A stretch of 64,000 nt of DNA from Phoronis australis (taxonomy: Eukaryota; Animalia; Phoronida). The notes beneath the pieces are model-generated. The model was not told the DNA's origin. It ran no database searches and saw only the letters and a list, made by a program, of their open reading frames with translations. A program made the translations under genes and the position numbers. Positions within the stretch are counted from its first letter, which is position 1. The number at the start of each line of letters is the position of its first letter. Location of the stretch: the NCBI GenBank assembly GCA_002633005.1, contig NMRA01000573.1:62001-126000 (forward strand). The letters run 5' to 3'. Of the stretch, positions 50,901 to 63,233 are shown in pieces.

Positions 50901-53900
50901 GCTATGTTTATATAATTATTCGGGTAACCTGGATTTGATCTTCATCTATTATAGGTTGAAACTTGAAATTTCATGTCAAAATGAGGACCTCCAGCTCACA
51001 AAAGTAGTTCCTAAAAAGTAGTCCTTAAAAGCACTATTAGGCAGTTGGTTACTGGTTAGTATCAATTTGTAATGTATGGTTTAAAATCTTTGATGTCTGG
51101 ACTGGACACGTGATTGGTTCATGTCTGTTGATGTCTGGACACGTGATTGTTTAGTGTCTGTTCATCACTTTAGATACTGAGAAAGTATACAGTCGCGCAG
51201 CTGAAACCATCTTTGCCAAATATGGGAAATGCCAAAGTTGGGCATTGGTGGAAAAAGTGCAAGGCAAAACGGATGTTGAAGACGCTACCATTGTGATAGG
51301 TATCTGACACCGACCCATGTTGTTAAGGTCTCCTCCCACTCTGTGCGACTAGCCATTACGAGAGTTATCTTATGGTTGTCTTGATTCTAACCATTAGCTT
51401 GATCATGTGACGTGTCCCTTGGTTGGTGGAGAGTCTCGCGCAGCGTTTATTTGGTGAAGCTGAAATCACAAATTTTAAACTGAAAGAAGTCAGAAGGCGG
51501 ATTCAGTGATATTTTTCTGTTTATTGCAAAAAGTCTCAAGTTTGGCACAATGAAAATTCTATTATTTTGCTCAAGGTCAGAGCTTGTATTGAATTTTAGA
51601 AGCGGGCGATATGCACTGTCCCAAATTGAAGAATTTTGATCACCGGCAAACGATCATTCACCTCAGTGTTACAGACTGTTAAAGTGGCTGCGTGAAAATA
51701 TTGAATTAGTGTTTATTTTGGGCAATGTTTTAAATGACAAGTCTATTTCTAAATTCCGTATACTAAGTTCTGTATCTGTTGTTTTAGAAGTGTGAGAAAC
51801 CCCAAAAATTGCCATGTCCCATTCTTCAGAATTGAGAAAATTCAACTACTTAAATTTCAGTGTCCCACAAACCAGAAAACGTTTACCATAGTTCTGTGAT
51901 AGCTCTGGTAATGGCTTGATCATGTAGAGAAGGCGGCTCCTGACTCCTTCTTATCTCTGTGCTTCCAACTCTTTGTACCTCCATCTCTTTTAGACACCGA
52001 GTCAATTTACACTGAGGTGACATCTATTGTTCTGGCCAGGTATGGCAAGACATTCACATGGGAAATTAAGTCGAGGCAAATGGGAAAAAAGGAGGAAGAT
52101 GCGTCAAAGATCGTTATAGGTATGCGGTAATGCTTCAATTATTTCACTCAAAAATTGCCGCTATGTTTTTTTTCAAAAGTTGACTGCTGTGTTACAAATG
52201 AATGACAATTGCCATTCCTACATCTAACCAGTGCTAACTCTGCTCGTAAAATCAAATTTTTTTGATGCTCATTTGGAATTCCACATGTCAGATGTAATGC
52301 ATGCTGAAAAGTACTTCCCCAATTGAACTCTGTATTGCACAGACAAGGGCCAGCACAGACAGACACTTATGCACCTCAAACGCAAATGAGCACAGTCAAT
52401 AGCTCTGCGTGAATTTCTTTACCTAGTGAGTGTAAATCGTAAATCCTAACAGCATGCGGTTGAGGTGAATGAAGTGATACCTGATTACATTCATATCAAC
52501 CATTTTTTGCTCTAACCATAGCAAATTTTGTAGCAAACCATAGCAAACCATAACACTGACGAAAACTAGTCAAAATATGAGCAAATGTCAAAATGCATTA
52601 CATGTACCTACTTACCTATTAAAGGCACGTACATTTAGTAACTGTGAGTGTTGTTATACTCCTTGGGAACTCCTTTGGCCCTGTCGAGCAAGGCTCGTGA
52701 TATGAGATTATTTTGAGAGATTGCCAGTAAAACCCAAAGCGAAGGCTTGAAAACTTTATTAAGAACATCTGCAAAAATGTGTGTTAATTCCTGAAAATGT
52801 GTGGCATTTTGGCAGTTTTGGCACCACACCGTAGGACTACTGGAACAGTAAAAATACATAGCAAATACGGAATTCGTGTATTGGTTGACATGTATGCAGT
52901 TATCTTCAGTACCCAATGAAAATATTGCTTCCATCATCTCACAACTGTATCTCTCGCTCAATCGTGTGTGTGTGTGTTGCTGTTATAGTGTGTTGCTGTT
53001 ATACTGTTTACTATGAACATTGTTTACAGGTCTGAGCAGTTTGCCTTGCTGTGTGCCAGAAACAAAGACGTTGGGTAGTTTTCATTTGAGGCACACAGTC
53101 AAGCTTGTATGCGTAGCTATCTGTCTGTAATGGCTTAAAGAAACTGCAGTGCCTGGATGATCTAACTGACACAATGTCAGACAGCTTTGTGTTCTATAAA
53201 CGCACTACTATTAATAAATACAATAAGAATTCACAGAAATTCATCACAAATTATTGCACAGCTTCATTGGGCATTATTACTGGCAGTGTCGGAGGAAAAA
53301 ATTCCTTAAATTTATTCTCAGATTTTGTTTGGCACTTTTGCTAAAAATCTGAAATCGCTACAGAGTCGTCAGATTTTTTGCGAGTTGCAACTAAGCTGTT
53401 TGGCACTAAGTGTAGGTCCCTGCTATGACGCATGCATAAAATGCACAATCGACGTGTTCTTGCTGTCTACTTTGTCCAAAGTTAAAATTCAAATGGCAAA
53501 TTGGTTGCACATGATTTAACCATATTGCGCCACCTTGTTTTGGCAACCTGGGAATTTTGCCAGGTCACATTTGGCGAGTTGACCTTATGCTAAACGTCGA
53601 GCTCTGTATGTATTCGCATATTCCTTATTTGGTAATTATCTGAATCATAACTTGACGACTTTAAAGCTCCAAGTGACTTCTCATTGTATCTTCAGATGAG
53701 CTACAACTTCCCTTGACTGTTGAAGAATACCTCAAACAAACGTGGGTTGAGCAAGAAAGACTTTTTCCAAAAACAGACTTATTGCCAGGTATAAATGCAT
53801 TTTTTCATTTCAATTGTTTCCACTATTGTTGTAAATGGTCTAAGTTTTCCCAAATATTGGCTGATGATGCATGAAATTGTGGCACACAGTGCTGTTTTGT

Positions 53901-55207
53901 AGTAGCCTCTGTATCAAACTCTTGAGAATAGTTGAAGCGTTCACTTATAAATACACAGGATGTGTGTGTGAATGTTACTTAGGAATTGAACAGAGAGGAA
54001 GAGGAAAAGAGATGAAGGTAGACAAAACTGAATTACCATGTGCCTCAGATTCATGTTGAAGCCATTTTGGTAGATACTAGATTTTTAAGCAAGGGCAATC
54101 TGACTGGCCTTACGTGGTCCTCCACATTATGGTTAGGGAGACTGAACTGCTCAGGGACCGGTAGGTGTTAAATTGTCGATGCTCATTCATGTATTTTAAT
54201 TTTAAGTTTTCTTCCATATATTCATTTCTAGAGGAAAATCATCATTTGTGCTTACTGTGCAAAAACATCTTTTCATTGTTTATGTATCGTATTCTTGCAT
54301 TCCGTTATTTTTATTTTATTTTAATGATATTCATTTCAAAGGTGTGGAAAAGCTTGTTCGGCATTTGCACAAACATGGCATCCCAATGGGACTGGCCACG
54401 GGTTCCAGCGAAAAGAAGTATGTGCTGAAAATTACCAGACATAAGGAGCTCTTCAGTCTTTTCCATCACGTGACTTTTAGTTCTGGTAACCCGGAAGTAA
54501 AACATTCCAAGCCCGCCCCAGATGTCTTTCTTGTGTCCGCGAGCAAGTTTCCTGAGGACCCAGACCCTAGCAAGGTAATTGTGGTTACCGCATATCTACT
54601 CATTTAGACTCATGCTCCTCTATGTGAAACTGAGCATAGATTCATATCCTGGTGGCTGAGCCTGGAAATGTTTGAGTAAAACCTGGAGACAGTTAAACAC
54701 CGTGCAAGCTAATAAAACCATTATATGAAAAGCTGGCATGAAATAGTTCTGAGAGAAAAGAAGGAAACTATAAAATTTACAGCTCAAGCATGCATGTCTA
54801 TAGTGAGACTATGCCATTCACGCCTATATACCGAGCAACTGTGATTGTTTCCTACTTGGACAGCACAAAATGCATTAGTGGTCTATTCCTGGGTTGTCTC
54901 TTCTAAGTTTAAACCAGTTGATAAAAGAGATTATCGTTAATCTTTAAAATGTGATAGTTGGTTACTCCATCCGTGATGTCACTCTTGTTGAATTGTATTT
55001 TGACTTACTGTATTGCTCTTCTCTCAGGTCTTGGTGTTTGAAGATGCCAACAATGGTGTAGAGGGGGCACTGAATGCAGGCATGCAGTGTGTATGGATCC
55101 CTGATCCCCGGGCTGACACAAGTCAACTGGTTGACAAGGTAACCCTGCTGAGATCAATGGAAGACTTCAGGCCAGAGCAGTTTGGTCTGCCACCCTATGA
55201 TTCTTGA
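47924..55207 (+). CDS. PUDP: Pseudouridine-5'-phosphatase (HAD-like hydrolase HDHD1/GS1), 229 aa
   Basis: Five exons: 47924-47981, 51994-52119, 53696-53788, 54342-54574, 55028-55207 (690 nt). HAD motif I VIFDIDGLLLDTE, motif II LATGS, motif III KPAPDVFL, motif IV LVFEDANNGV, and C-terminal EDFRPEQFGLPPY typical of HDHD1. AATAAA at ~55290. Confidence 0.95.
48498..48730 (+). mobile_element. Degenerate tRNA-derived SINE in PUDP intron 1
   Basis: GGAGACAGTGTGGCTCAGTAG A-box-like head and a (GAAA)n-like tail. Confidence 0.45.
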
Positions 55208-55563
55208 TGAATGTGGTTAAGTAGTGGTCATAAATGAGCGGTGTCTGTCGCGACCTTGTGCAATTGTAATCATTGATCAGTATGAACAAAATAAACTGTA
55301 CATATCTTTATCATACTCTGTCAAACTAAGACAAACTTCTTGCCACAATAATTTGGCAGTTTAGCTGAACTTTTGTTTGACACATTAAAACAGTTTTTGT
55401 CAATATTTAGTCAGATTTATTGAACCTATCCGCTAATTGATTATTTGTGAAATTCCTTGCATAGTAGGTGTTCATGACTTTAACAAAAGTGCATGGAGCA
55501 ACAGTTGTCAAGATTTAGTCCTCATTGAAATGGATATGTGGTCCCCTTTTTGAGCCTTGAAGG

Positions 55564-55640
55564 TATTTCAAAATTCTATGTTCAGTTTATTTCAAAATTC
55601 TATGTTCAGTTTATTTCAAAATTCTATGTTCAGTTTATTT
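55564..55640. repeat. 24-bp minisatellite, 3.2 perfect copies
   Basis: TATTTCAAAATTCTATGTTCAGTT x3 plus a partial copy. Confidence 0.95.
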
Positions 55641-58046
55641 TGAAAACTGACGTAGATGCACTAGGTAGCCTGGTTAGGTGTAAATAAAATTAAGGTTTAT
55701 TTTCATCATTTGATTTTTCATTTTGTATTTGCATGCCTCGAAAACATTATTTTGTAATATGACAAACGATCTGTCTAATTTTTAAAAGCTAAGTGAATTT
55801 TTGATGAAAAGGAGCATCCCCACATGATAAAAAGTGGAGAAAATTAAAACTTTATTAACTTTAGATTAACCCATATCAGAGGAGTGAAGGTCATTTTATT
55901 TTTAATTGGTGGTTATTAATTCATCACCTGGTGAGATTTGTAGTGATGTGACATGGTTTAGGAGCTGTTGCCAAATGGACGGAAATGTTGTTGGAATCTA
56001 GTGGTGCTTTTTGGGGTGCTTTTTGGAGTGCTTTTTAAATGATTCAAATGTAGAAACAAATACAGATCTTTGCTTCATTTGTGATTTGTACTGCATTTTA
56101 ATTCTTTTCTTTCTTTTGCAAATATTTAACTTTTGACACATGGTTGGTTTTTGGCTCCGATTCTGTGTAACTGTTGGTCTTGTGATGAGCAAATAATTGG
56201 TGTTGTCTTTCACCTGAAAATGGTCATATAATCAGGCTCCTCTTGGACTGATAAAACCTTATGCTAAGGATTGGCGAATTGTGGTTCCCCCTAGATGTGA
56301 TCACTGTTTTGATAAACTTAATGGTTTCCAAATTGTACAACTGTGGTGGCATTTCCTGTGGTGTGCAAGTCCGTCAGCCTATCTCTAAATTATTGTTACT
56401 GAATTGCTCTGTACTAAAAAACACAATGCTAAAAATGAATAAAATCAAGAATTTGAACTTGGACTTCTTTTCTCTTTTAGGAGATAATGGTGATGTTTTT
56501 GCCTATTTAACAGTTGGGCTTTAGCTGAAATATGGGCGTATTTGCGGTGCCTATAGTGGAAATATTCCATTTTTGTGTGTCCATGGATACATGCACTGGC
56601 ATGCACCTGTAATCTCATATTGGTGTTATCTCTGTTCAACATGTGGGTGTAACTCCAGCTTTTACAGCAGTACCTCCAAAACGCCTCGGAGGGTCTTCTT
56701 GAAAGTTGGTGGGTGCGTTTCTGTGGGGACTTGCAGAAGGATCCCACTACAACTGTTCCCTCTAATGGCAATATTAATATTTTACATTTCCCTCTGTACC
56801 TTGATAAATTTTCAAGATATTTGGCAAATAGTTTTCTATTAAGGAAATGATGATGTTTTCCTATTTTCTGATGGGTTTGAGGCATTCTGCACCATCTTGT
56901 GGCCATTTGTGTTATTTGCATCTTGACATAGCTTCATGAAATTAGGCAAATAAGTTTCTATTTTGGAGAGGAAGGCTATTTTTGTTTGTGCTATTTTGTG
57001 TTACCAAGAAGCCATTTTTATGATGCTAATTAATAACCACGTTAGGATCATACAATTTAAGGCGCAGTCATGGGCGCATTTCAAGTCTTTGGATTACTCT
57101 TGGTGATAAAAATTTTCAGCCATGTGATTCGCATATAGGAAAATGTATATTTTTCGGTCCAGTGGGTATTCCAGACCTAATAGGGACAATCCCTGTGTTG
57201 CAATCTAGTAAGGTTTTGATAGTTTGAATACAACTTACCCCTCGTATGAAAAGTAAACACCCTCAGAGCGGTGGTAGCCCTCACGTGTGGAAATGTGTTT
57301 GTCTTGCTTAATGCGCCAATTTCTACCAAGTGAATTGTTTCTTCCAAAGTGATCTAATCGGTAGGACAGGGGGCGTTGTTGTTCTATGTGCAATGTCTTT
57401 TCTGTACCTCGTCATTGTGAGGCCACCGCAGACGAAGGGCTACGTTCTTTAATGGGTGTGAGCTCAGTTCACAACTGACCTCTGGGACTAACTGAACAGC
57501 GAGGATTTGTGCCCCACGATGCGGTTAATCGATTGCCTCACTTGTTGGCTTCCTTTCGCCAAACGACCTAGTTAAATCCTCATAGCATGCTGGTGAGGTG
57601 AGCCAAATGCTTACAAATTAGTATCTTCAGTAGCCAAAGAAATCGCCTTATGTGACAATAACGAATTTTTTGCTGGCTCATTGTAACCCTGTGTGCTCAT
57701 ACTTCATTTACGATATTTGCTACTTTAGATAACAGGTCAGCCAGCATTTTGCCTGGCATTGAATGGATAATAATGACGTGACGTAGATTTCACACTGTAG
57801 GGCTCTGTGTGTTGTGGCATTAAGTCGTGTTAAACTTGGTTATCACAGAATTATACGCCCTAATGACTAGTCAGGATTACTAGTTGTGCAATTGATGTTA
57901 AATAAACAATTATATTCGTGAAATTTTATTTCATGCAAGCGATGTTGTGAATAAACACTATTTTTTAAGCAGGGATGTAATAGAATGCAAATTCGCGTCC
58001 ATCGTTCGGTCAAGTTTCAGTACCAAATCGCCAGTCCTACTCGGCT

Positions 58047-61000
58047 TTACTCTTCATCGGCTGAAACAAGTAACATGATTGTAAATCTTACTGTTGCGAT
58101 GACTGAGTAAAAACCAAGATGTGCTAAAGATAAAATATTTGAATGTTTTTTCAGTTCAGGTCTGACGCTGCGTTATTTAAACAGAGAAAAAAAATAATAT
58201 CCTCTCCTGGTTTTTCATTGCATTGGCCCTGTTTTCGTCAGCTAAGGACTGGTTCACTTTAAATTTCCAACATGAGACAATACTAAACGTTGCCTTAACA
58301 CCAAATGAGCTGATGTAAGGAGAGCAATATACTCCCAGATAAAGCGGGAGAATCCAGTTTTATGTAGAAGAAAATTCAGTATACGGACAACTTCCAAACA
58401 GGAGTGAAATATTTCAAGAACGTCACCAGATGGGGCTGTGAAAACTGGAACGCTTAAAACTGTGAATGGCATAGGTTTATATTACACATTGTGCGTCAAA
58501 AACTAGCTAAGAAGAGCTACACTGGTCGACTACGTTGGAAAGTCGACTGTCGCTGTTCCCTCCTCGCCTCATGTTACTCTATAATGTCACGTGGCTTGAT
58601 TCACTTGTAACGATTATGTAGTTAAATTGGCCCTTAGGTAAAAAGTAGTGCAAATCCTCGGGAAAGGGAAAAGCCAAATTTGTCCCCTCTCAATCGCCAC
58701 AGTTATCGCCCTTTGGTCGTTAGTCGCCAATTTCTCACATCCCAATGTCGCCACCAAAGTTTCGCCGACGCCGCAAATTATTCGAAGACACGTGTCCCCC
58801 ACTTGGGCTCGGGCATCGTTGACCACAGAATTTATACACTGTTGGGACTTACCCTGTGCTTCCTCGAGTTGTGCCACGATGTCCATGTCGTCCTCCGTCA
58901 ATTCGTCTGAAATAGCAGAAAATGGACATAATTACCTCGCTTCGAGTTTAAATTGATAATCTAATTTACTGCAAAACAAAAATAAATAATTTGTGGACTT
59001 ATTTTATGTAAATGATACCCTATCGTCCCCATCTCGGAGACTTCTACAGATCGTCTGAAGCCGGTGTGTTGGCGTGTCGGCATTGGCATCAGACGATCTA
59101 TTGAAGCCTCCGGGAGGAGACGTTGCGTTATCATTTATATAAAGTAAGTCTAAAAATTGATTTATTTTTGTTTTGCATTATGTCATATCTGGATGAGTAT
59201 CACCATTCAATTGGTCGAATTTACTGTTTTTATGTTTGCGACTTTCCCCCTTCACTCAGTTGTCTTGAGTTCTTTTTAGTCGAAGGTTTCCGTTCATTGT
59301 GTGAAGGTGCATCGTTTTGGTAATACTATATAGTCTCCGCACTCAGTAGATACTTGCTAAAATTCTTTTGCACGTTGTTCATCAAAATTGATCGACCAAA
59401 TCATTCACCCAAGGTCCCTTTAGGACTAGAAAAAGCGCGATATTCAAGTGAAAATATTTACAGAAAGCGAAGTGTTGATTTTAAAATATTACTGTTTTAG
59501 TGTTAAAAACAGTAGCAGCAAGACTGTATATTGTCAATCGCGGTAGCAACAAATGAAACTGTGTTTTTGGCTTATTAATTAATGCCCAGCAACGGGACGA
59601 ACTTGTACGATTGAGTGCGCCGAGGGACGCATGCTTTGCACATTGCGCCCGTCACACTTGCAGAACAATTACGCCATTTACATCAAATTTCCCTGATCAG
59701 AGCCTGAGTTATGTTAGCTGATGTTTGGCAGACTGAATTTCTGGAAAGTCATTCCTGTTGTTTGACAGTCTAGGAATAGAAATTTGAAGGAAACAATTTT
59801 ACCACTGAAAACTTGAAGATCTGATATATGGAGTTCAAGAAATTTCCAAGGCAAAATTTACAGCATTTAGCGGTAAAAGTACTAAACTAAAAAATTAGCT
59901 CAAGCAATGAACTGAAGTTTCAAAAAAGTACGGAAAGAATCTGTAAGTCTGACATTTTTCTGTCGCACTCTGTTCAAGTTGCTTTGACCTAAAAGAAATA
60001 TACCAAAACTGCGGCCGATGAAGTGATTGTTTGGTAAGGATGTTGTGTTGAATTGTTGTATTGAATTCACAGTTCCGGTTCCATAAGCGAAGAGTTTTCG
60101 AAGCGAGTGCAAACTAATTGTCTTGCAGTCTAAAGAACGCATTGAGCTTGGTTCTTACCGTTGTTTAACCTTTGCTGTAGGCCCTCGAGGTAATTTCGTT
60201 TCTCTTCGTCCGTCGCCTGCTCTTGATCATCTGACGAAACAGTTGGTGTTTTAGGGAATGTCCGACATTGTTTACATCGTACATTTCACAAGATTTTAGA
60301 TATTGCCAACTAAAAAGAAAACTTTATTTGTCTTTCTATGATAGGCTTTATATAATTAACCGTCTTCCTGTGTTTGCTATGAACACAGCTTATTTTTTCT
60401 CTCCAACTCGTTTTTTTTTTTCTTAACGACATTTCTCTTGTGAACAGTACTTTGTTTCCTACTAGACCTGTAGAAGGAACATATTGTATGCAAGAAAAAT
60501 GTGTTAAGAACCAAAGAATTGCAGGGCGCGAGAAAAAATACGGCATTGCTTGATGAGAGAAACCCTATACAGTATGTGAGGATGCCTGTACCTGTCTGTT
60601 CGTCTTCGTCTTCCATTTCTCGCAGGAATTCCTCCGTGTCGTCATCTGAAATGAACGCAATGTGTAGAGCAACTAGCTACATATATGGTACCAACACGCT
60701 GTGTTTTTCAGAAATGTTTTGAGTTGGGGACATAACATCCTGCCTTAGTCGTGGCTCTTATGCCTTATTGAAGTACATGTAGCTAGTGAGTACTCCCCCT
60801 GTTTTTTTCATTTTTAGAATTCCTTTGAAAATTCCCAGGTGTTGGTTTCATGAAAAGTGACTTGACTTAAGTCGAAAATTTGGTCTTGTCCTCCACGAAA
60901 CTGTTTATGGAAAATTAATCTTGCTTTAGCACAAATGCAAGAAGTCTCAGAATTATATATATAGCTGCTAGTTTTTGAGATAATTTCTATGAGTTATTTC

Positions 61001-63233
61001 TTTAAAGCGATGCGCTCATAATTACTTGGCTAAGCTTTTATTCAGCCAGTGTGAAATGGGATCGTAAGACCAATGTTTTGTCTTAAGTCTTCAGTTATTT
61101 TGCATGAAACAGAGCCCAGAGTATGTACAGGCGTGACTAAACTATGTAATGGTATCAGTGTTATCAGCCACTGGCATGTTAATTAACCTTTCGTTGAACC
61201 TTCCGATCTTTTTATCTCAAATGGCAGTCCGGTATTTACACTTCTGCATTGGAAGACCAGTGTTTCTACACTGAGCGTGGCTTCTATGACAATAAAAAAT
61301 ACAGTTTTATTTATTTTGGTTTTGACAGCATATTTCGTATTTTTGTGTTCTTAGCGAAAAAACGCATAGCAGCTACTTACCGTTGTCTTTTTCAGTCATT
61401 TTCAAGAATTCTTCGTTGTCCAAGAATCCGTCACCTTGAAATCAAAACATCCAATTACGCTCAGAGCGATACAGTAACAGCATGCGACTTTGTGAAGTGT
61501 GAGACCCTGCTATAACAGTTAGGTCTATCTTATTAGCTCAACCTGCATGTAGTATACATATATTGCTCATGCTATCCTGTCGCAAACAAGAAACGTTCAT
61601 TTTTTGTTCTTGCCCTGTTGAACGTTTCAACCGCAACTTCCCCAGCTAAAGAAACTTCCCCAGTCACTGCATGAGAAGGGCCATTTGTTTACATTTACCC
61701 GCATTCTCGCTGAAAGGATGAAAAATTGGAGAGTGCATGAACCCAACGTCGCCAAGTTCTTAAAATGTGCAATTTAAATTCACCAAATTCGCAGGTCTCT
61801 GTCATTCAAAACTTTGTTATTTTGTTTCGTGCTTCTCCTTACACACTTACTATTCACGTCATTTTCGGCAAAGAACTTTCCCAAGGTGCTGTCTTCCACC
61901 TCCCTCGAATGCAACTTGAGAACCTTGGACAACTCTTCACTGGTGATCTTCTGGTCTTTGTTCTCGTCATAAGAAGCGAAGTCGTCTTGATCACTAGCAA
62001 TCTGGTCCTTTTGACAGAGAAACGTGTGTAGAGGCACTTAATACAGAGGCCTTCAGCTAAAGCCACGGAGCCAGAACCTGTTAGTTCGTTTTGTTTGTTT
62101 CATAATGATAACTGAAACTACACAATTACTCTCAAGTTTGCGCGTTGAGAGACATGCGTGTCGGACTATTATTCTTCTCTCCATCATAGACTATAGTACA
62201 ATTCGAAAGTCGCATTTATGATCGACATATGTCCCGAATAATAGATAACTGAGACGCGCGTCGCAAGCTCGTTAATACCAGAGATGAAAAGGAGACGGAG
62301 GTAGGCGATATAAGGTCATTTATTATGACTAGTACAGTTACAATATAATGAATACAGGTAAATAACGTATAATTGGTAATCTCTGATAAGATGGGCAATA
62401 AAAAAGCGCCACAAGAGATGTTCGCATATATCAATGGTAAACTGTTGCAACAAATCCTTGTGACTTTTTCGTCAACTTTGAAGGGTCATTTTCGTCAACT
62501 ATTATCGGTTTTGCAACCGAAAAACGCATTCTGGGGTTCATTATTGTTGTTGGATGCGATAGACTTCTTGGAATATGTATTGACCAAAGCTATAAAACGA
62601 AATCAGTTGCGTTTTTGTGATTTTATAGCAATTCCTCAGTTATCTCCTTCGTCTGCGTAACATTTGCTGAAATCCAGGCCGGTAGGATTTGGCTCGAAGA
62701 TCAGCGCAGAGTGTTCGGCTGCTACAAAGGAGGCGGGTTCGATTCCTCGCCACTGGTAATTTTTGAAAGGGTACGTGTTGGTACGTTGGTCGGCAAAAGG
62801 GTTTAATGACATTTTTCTCTTCTCATGGTCGGACGTGCTCGTGTTTGTTGCAAAAGTATGTCACTTTGAAACGGAAAAGGTACGTTAGACTACTATTAAA
62901 GAATTTTGAGTCACACTCGAAATAAATGGTCGGTTGCGGGAGGGAAAGTAGAATTAGTTTAACAATATACACAGTAGTCTATTTACAAGTTCATTCTGGC
63001 GAATATATAATATTCAAACGCTTATGCTTATTGGGTTTCGATTGGATGCTCTCGCATTGGGATAAATGACGAGTGCTGCTATACGAGAGCACGACTCACA
63101 TTTGCAGTTAAAGTAAAAGTTTGGATAATTTTCGAACAATACCCTTAACTCACCCGTTTGCCGAGGTTAAGTTTACAGATCTCTTGACAAGCCACAGGAC
63201 ACAGCCGATGGAAGCCCTGGACTGAGAGCATTT
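58047..63233 (-). CDS. EF-hand pair protein with an N-terminal Cys-containing peptide ending in GKR and an acidic C-terminal tail; 5' exon not identified in the window
   Basis: Phase-consistent exons: 63154-63233, 61851-62007, 61381-61434, 60592-60645, 60159-60230, 58853-58906, 58047-58060. Translation: xMLSVQGFHRLCPVACQEICKLNLGKR DQIASDQDDFASYDENKDQKITSEELSKVLKLHSREVEDSTLGKFFAENDVNSDGFLDNEEFLKMTEKDNDDDTEEFLREMEDEDEQTDDQEQATDEEKRNYLEGLQQRLNNDELTEDDMDIVAQLEEAQADEE*. EF loops DENKDQKITSEE and DVNSDGFLDNEE. Minus-strand AATAAA at 57924-57929. Confidence 0.8.
59024..59122. repeat. Imperfect ~38-bp-arm inverted repeat (hairpin or MITE relic) in an intron
   Basis: CGTCCCCATCTCGGAGACTTCTACAGATCGTCTGAAGCC pairs with GGCATCAGACGATCTATTGAAGCCTCCGGGAGGAGACG around a 22-nt loop. 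Confidence 0.75.
62677..62757 (+). mobile_element. tRNA-derived SINE-head-like fragment
   Basis: B-box GGGTTCGATTCC with T-arm-like pairing; the 5' half is degenerate and no complete cloverleaf forms. Confidence 0.45.

Larger units (their letters stand above)
45593..56850 (+). pseudogene. Probable decayed multi-pass membrane protein gene (weak resemblance to the Frag1/CWH43 family); pieces at ~45593-45833, 47579-47718 and 56481-~56850
   Basis: Hydrophobic reading frames broken by frameshifts and stops and bounded by splice signals: LLSLLYLVWTWIEWQDLVG / DFLGYLAGLMATAFMLFQ | IVMKFHHG..YSLFVLATGHGCCSAAFWLHG | EIMVMFLPI*QLGFS*NMGVFAVPIV. Family assignment is from remembered motifs only. Confidence 0.35.

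Noticed and set aside
60361-60467. Extra exon of the EF-hand gene (CTACAG acceptor)
   Set aside because: It would change phase and has a basic composition unlike its neighbours; the model is in frame without it.
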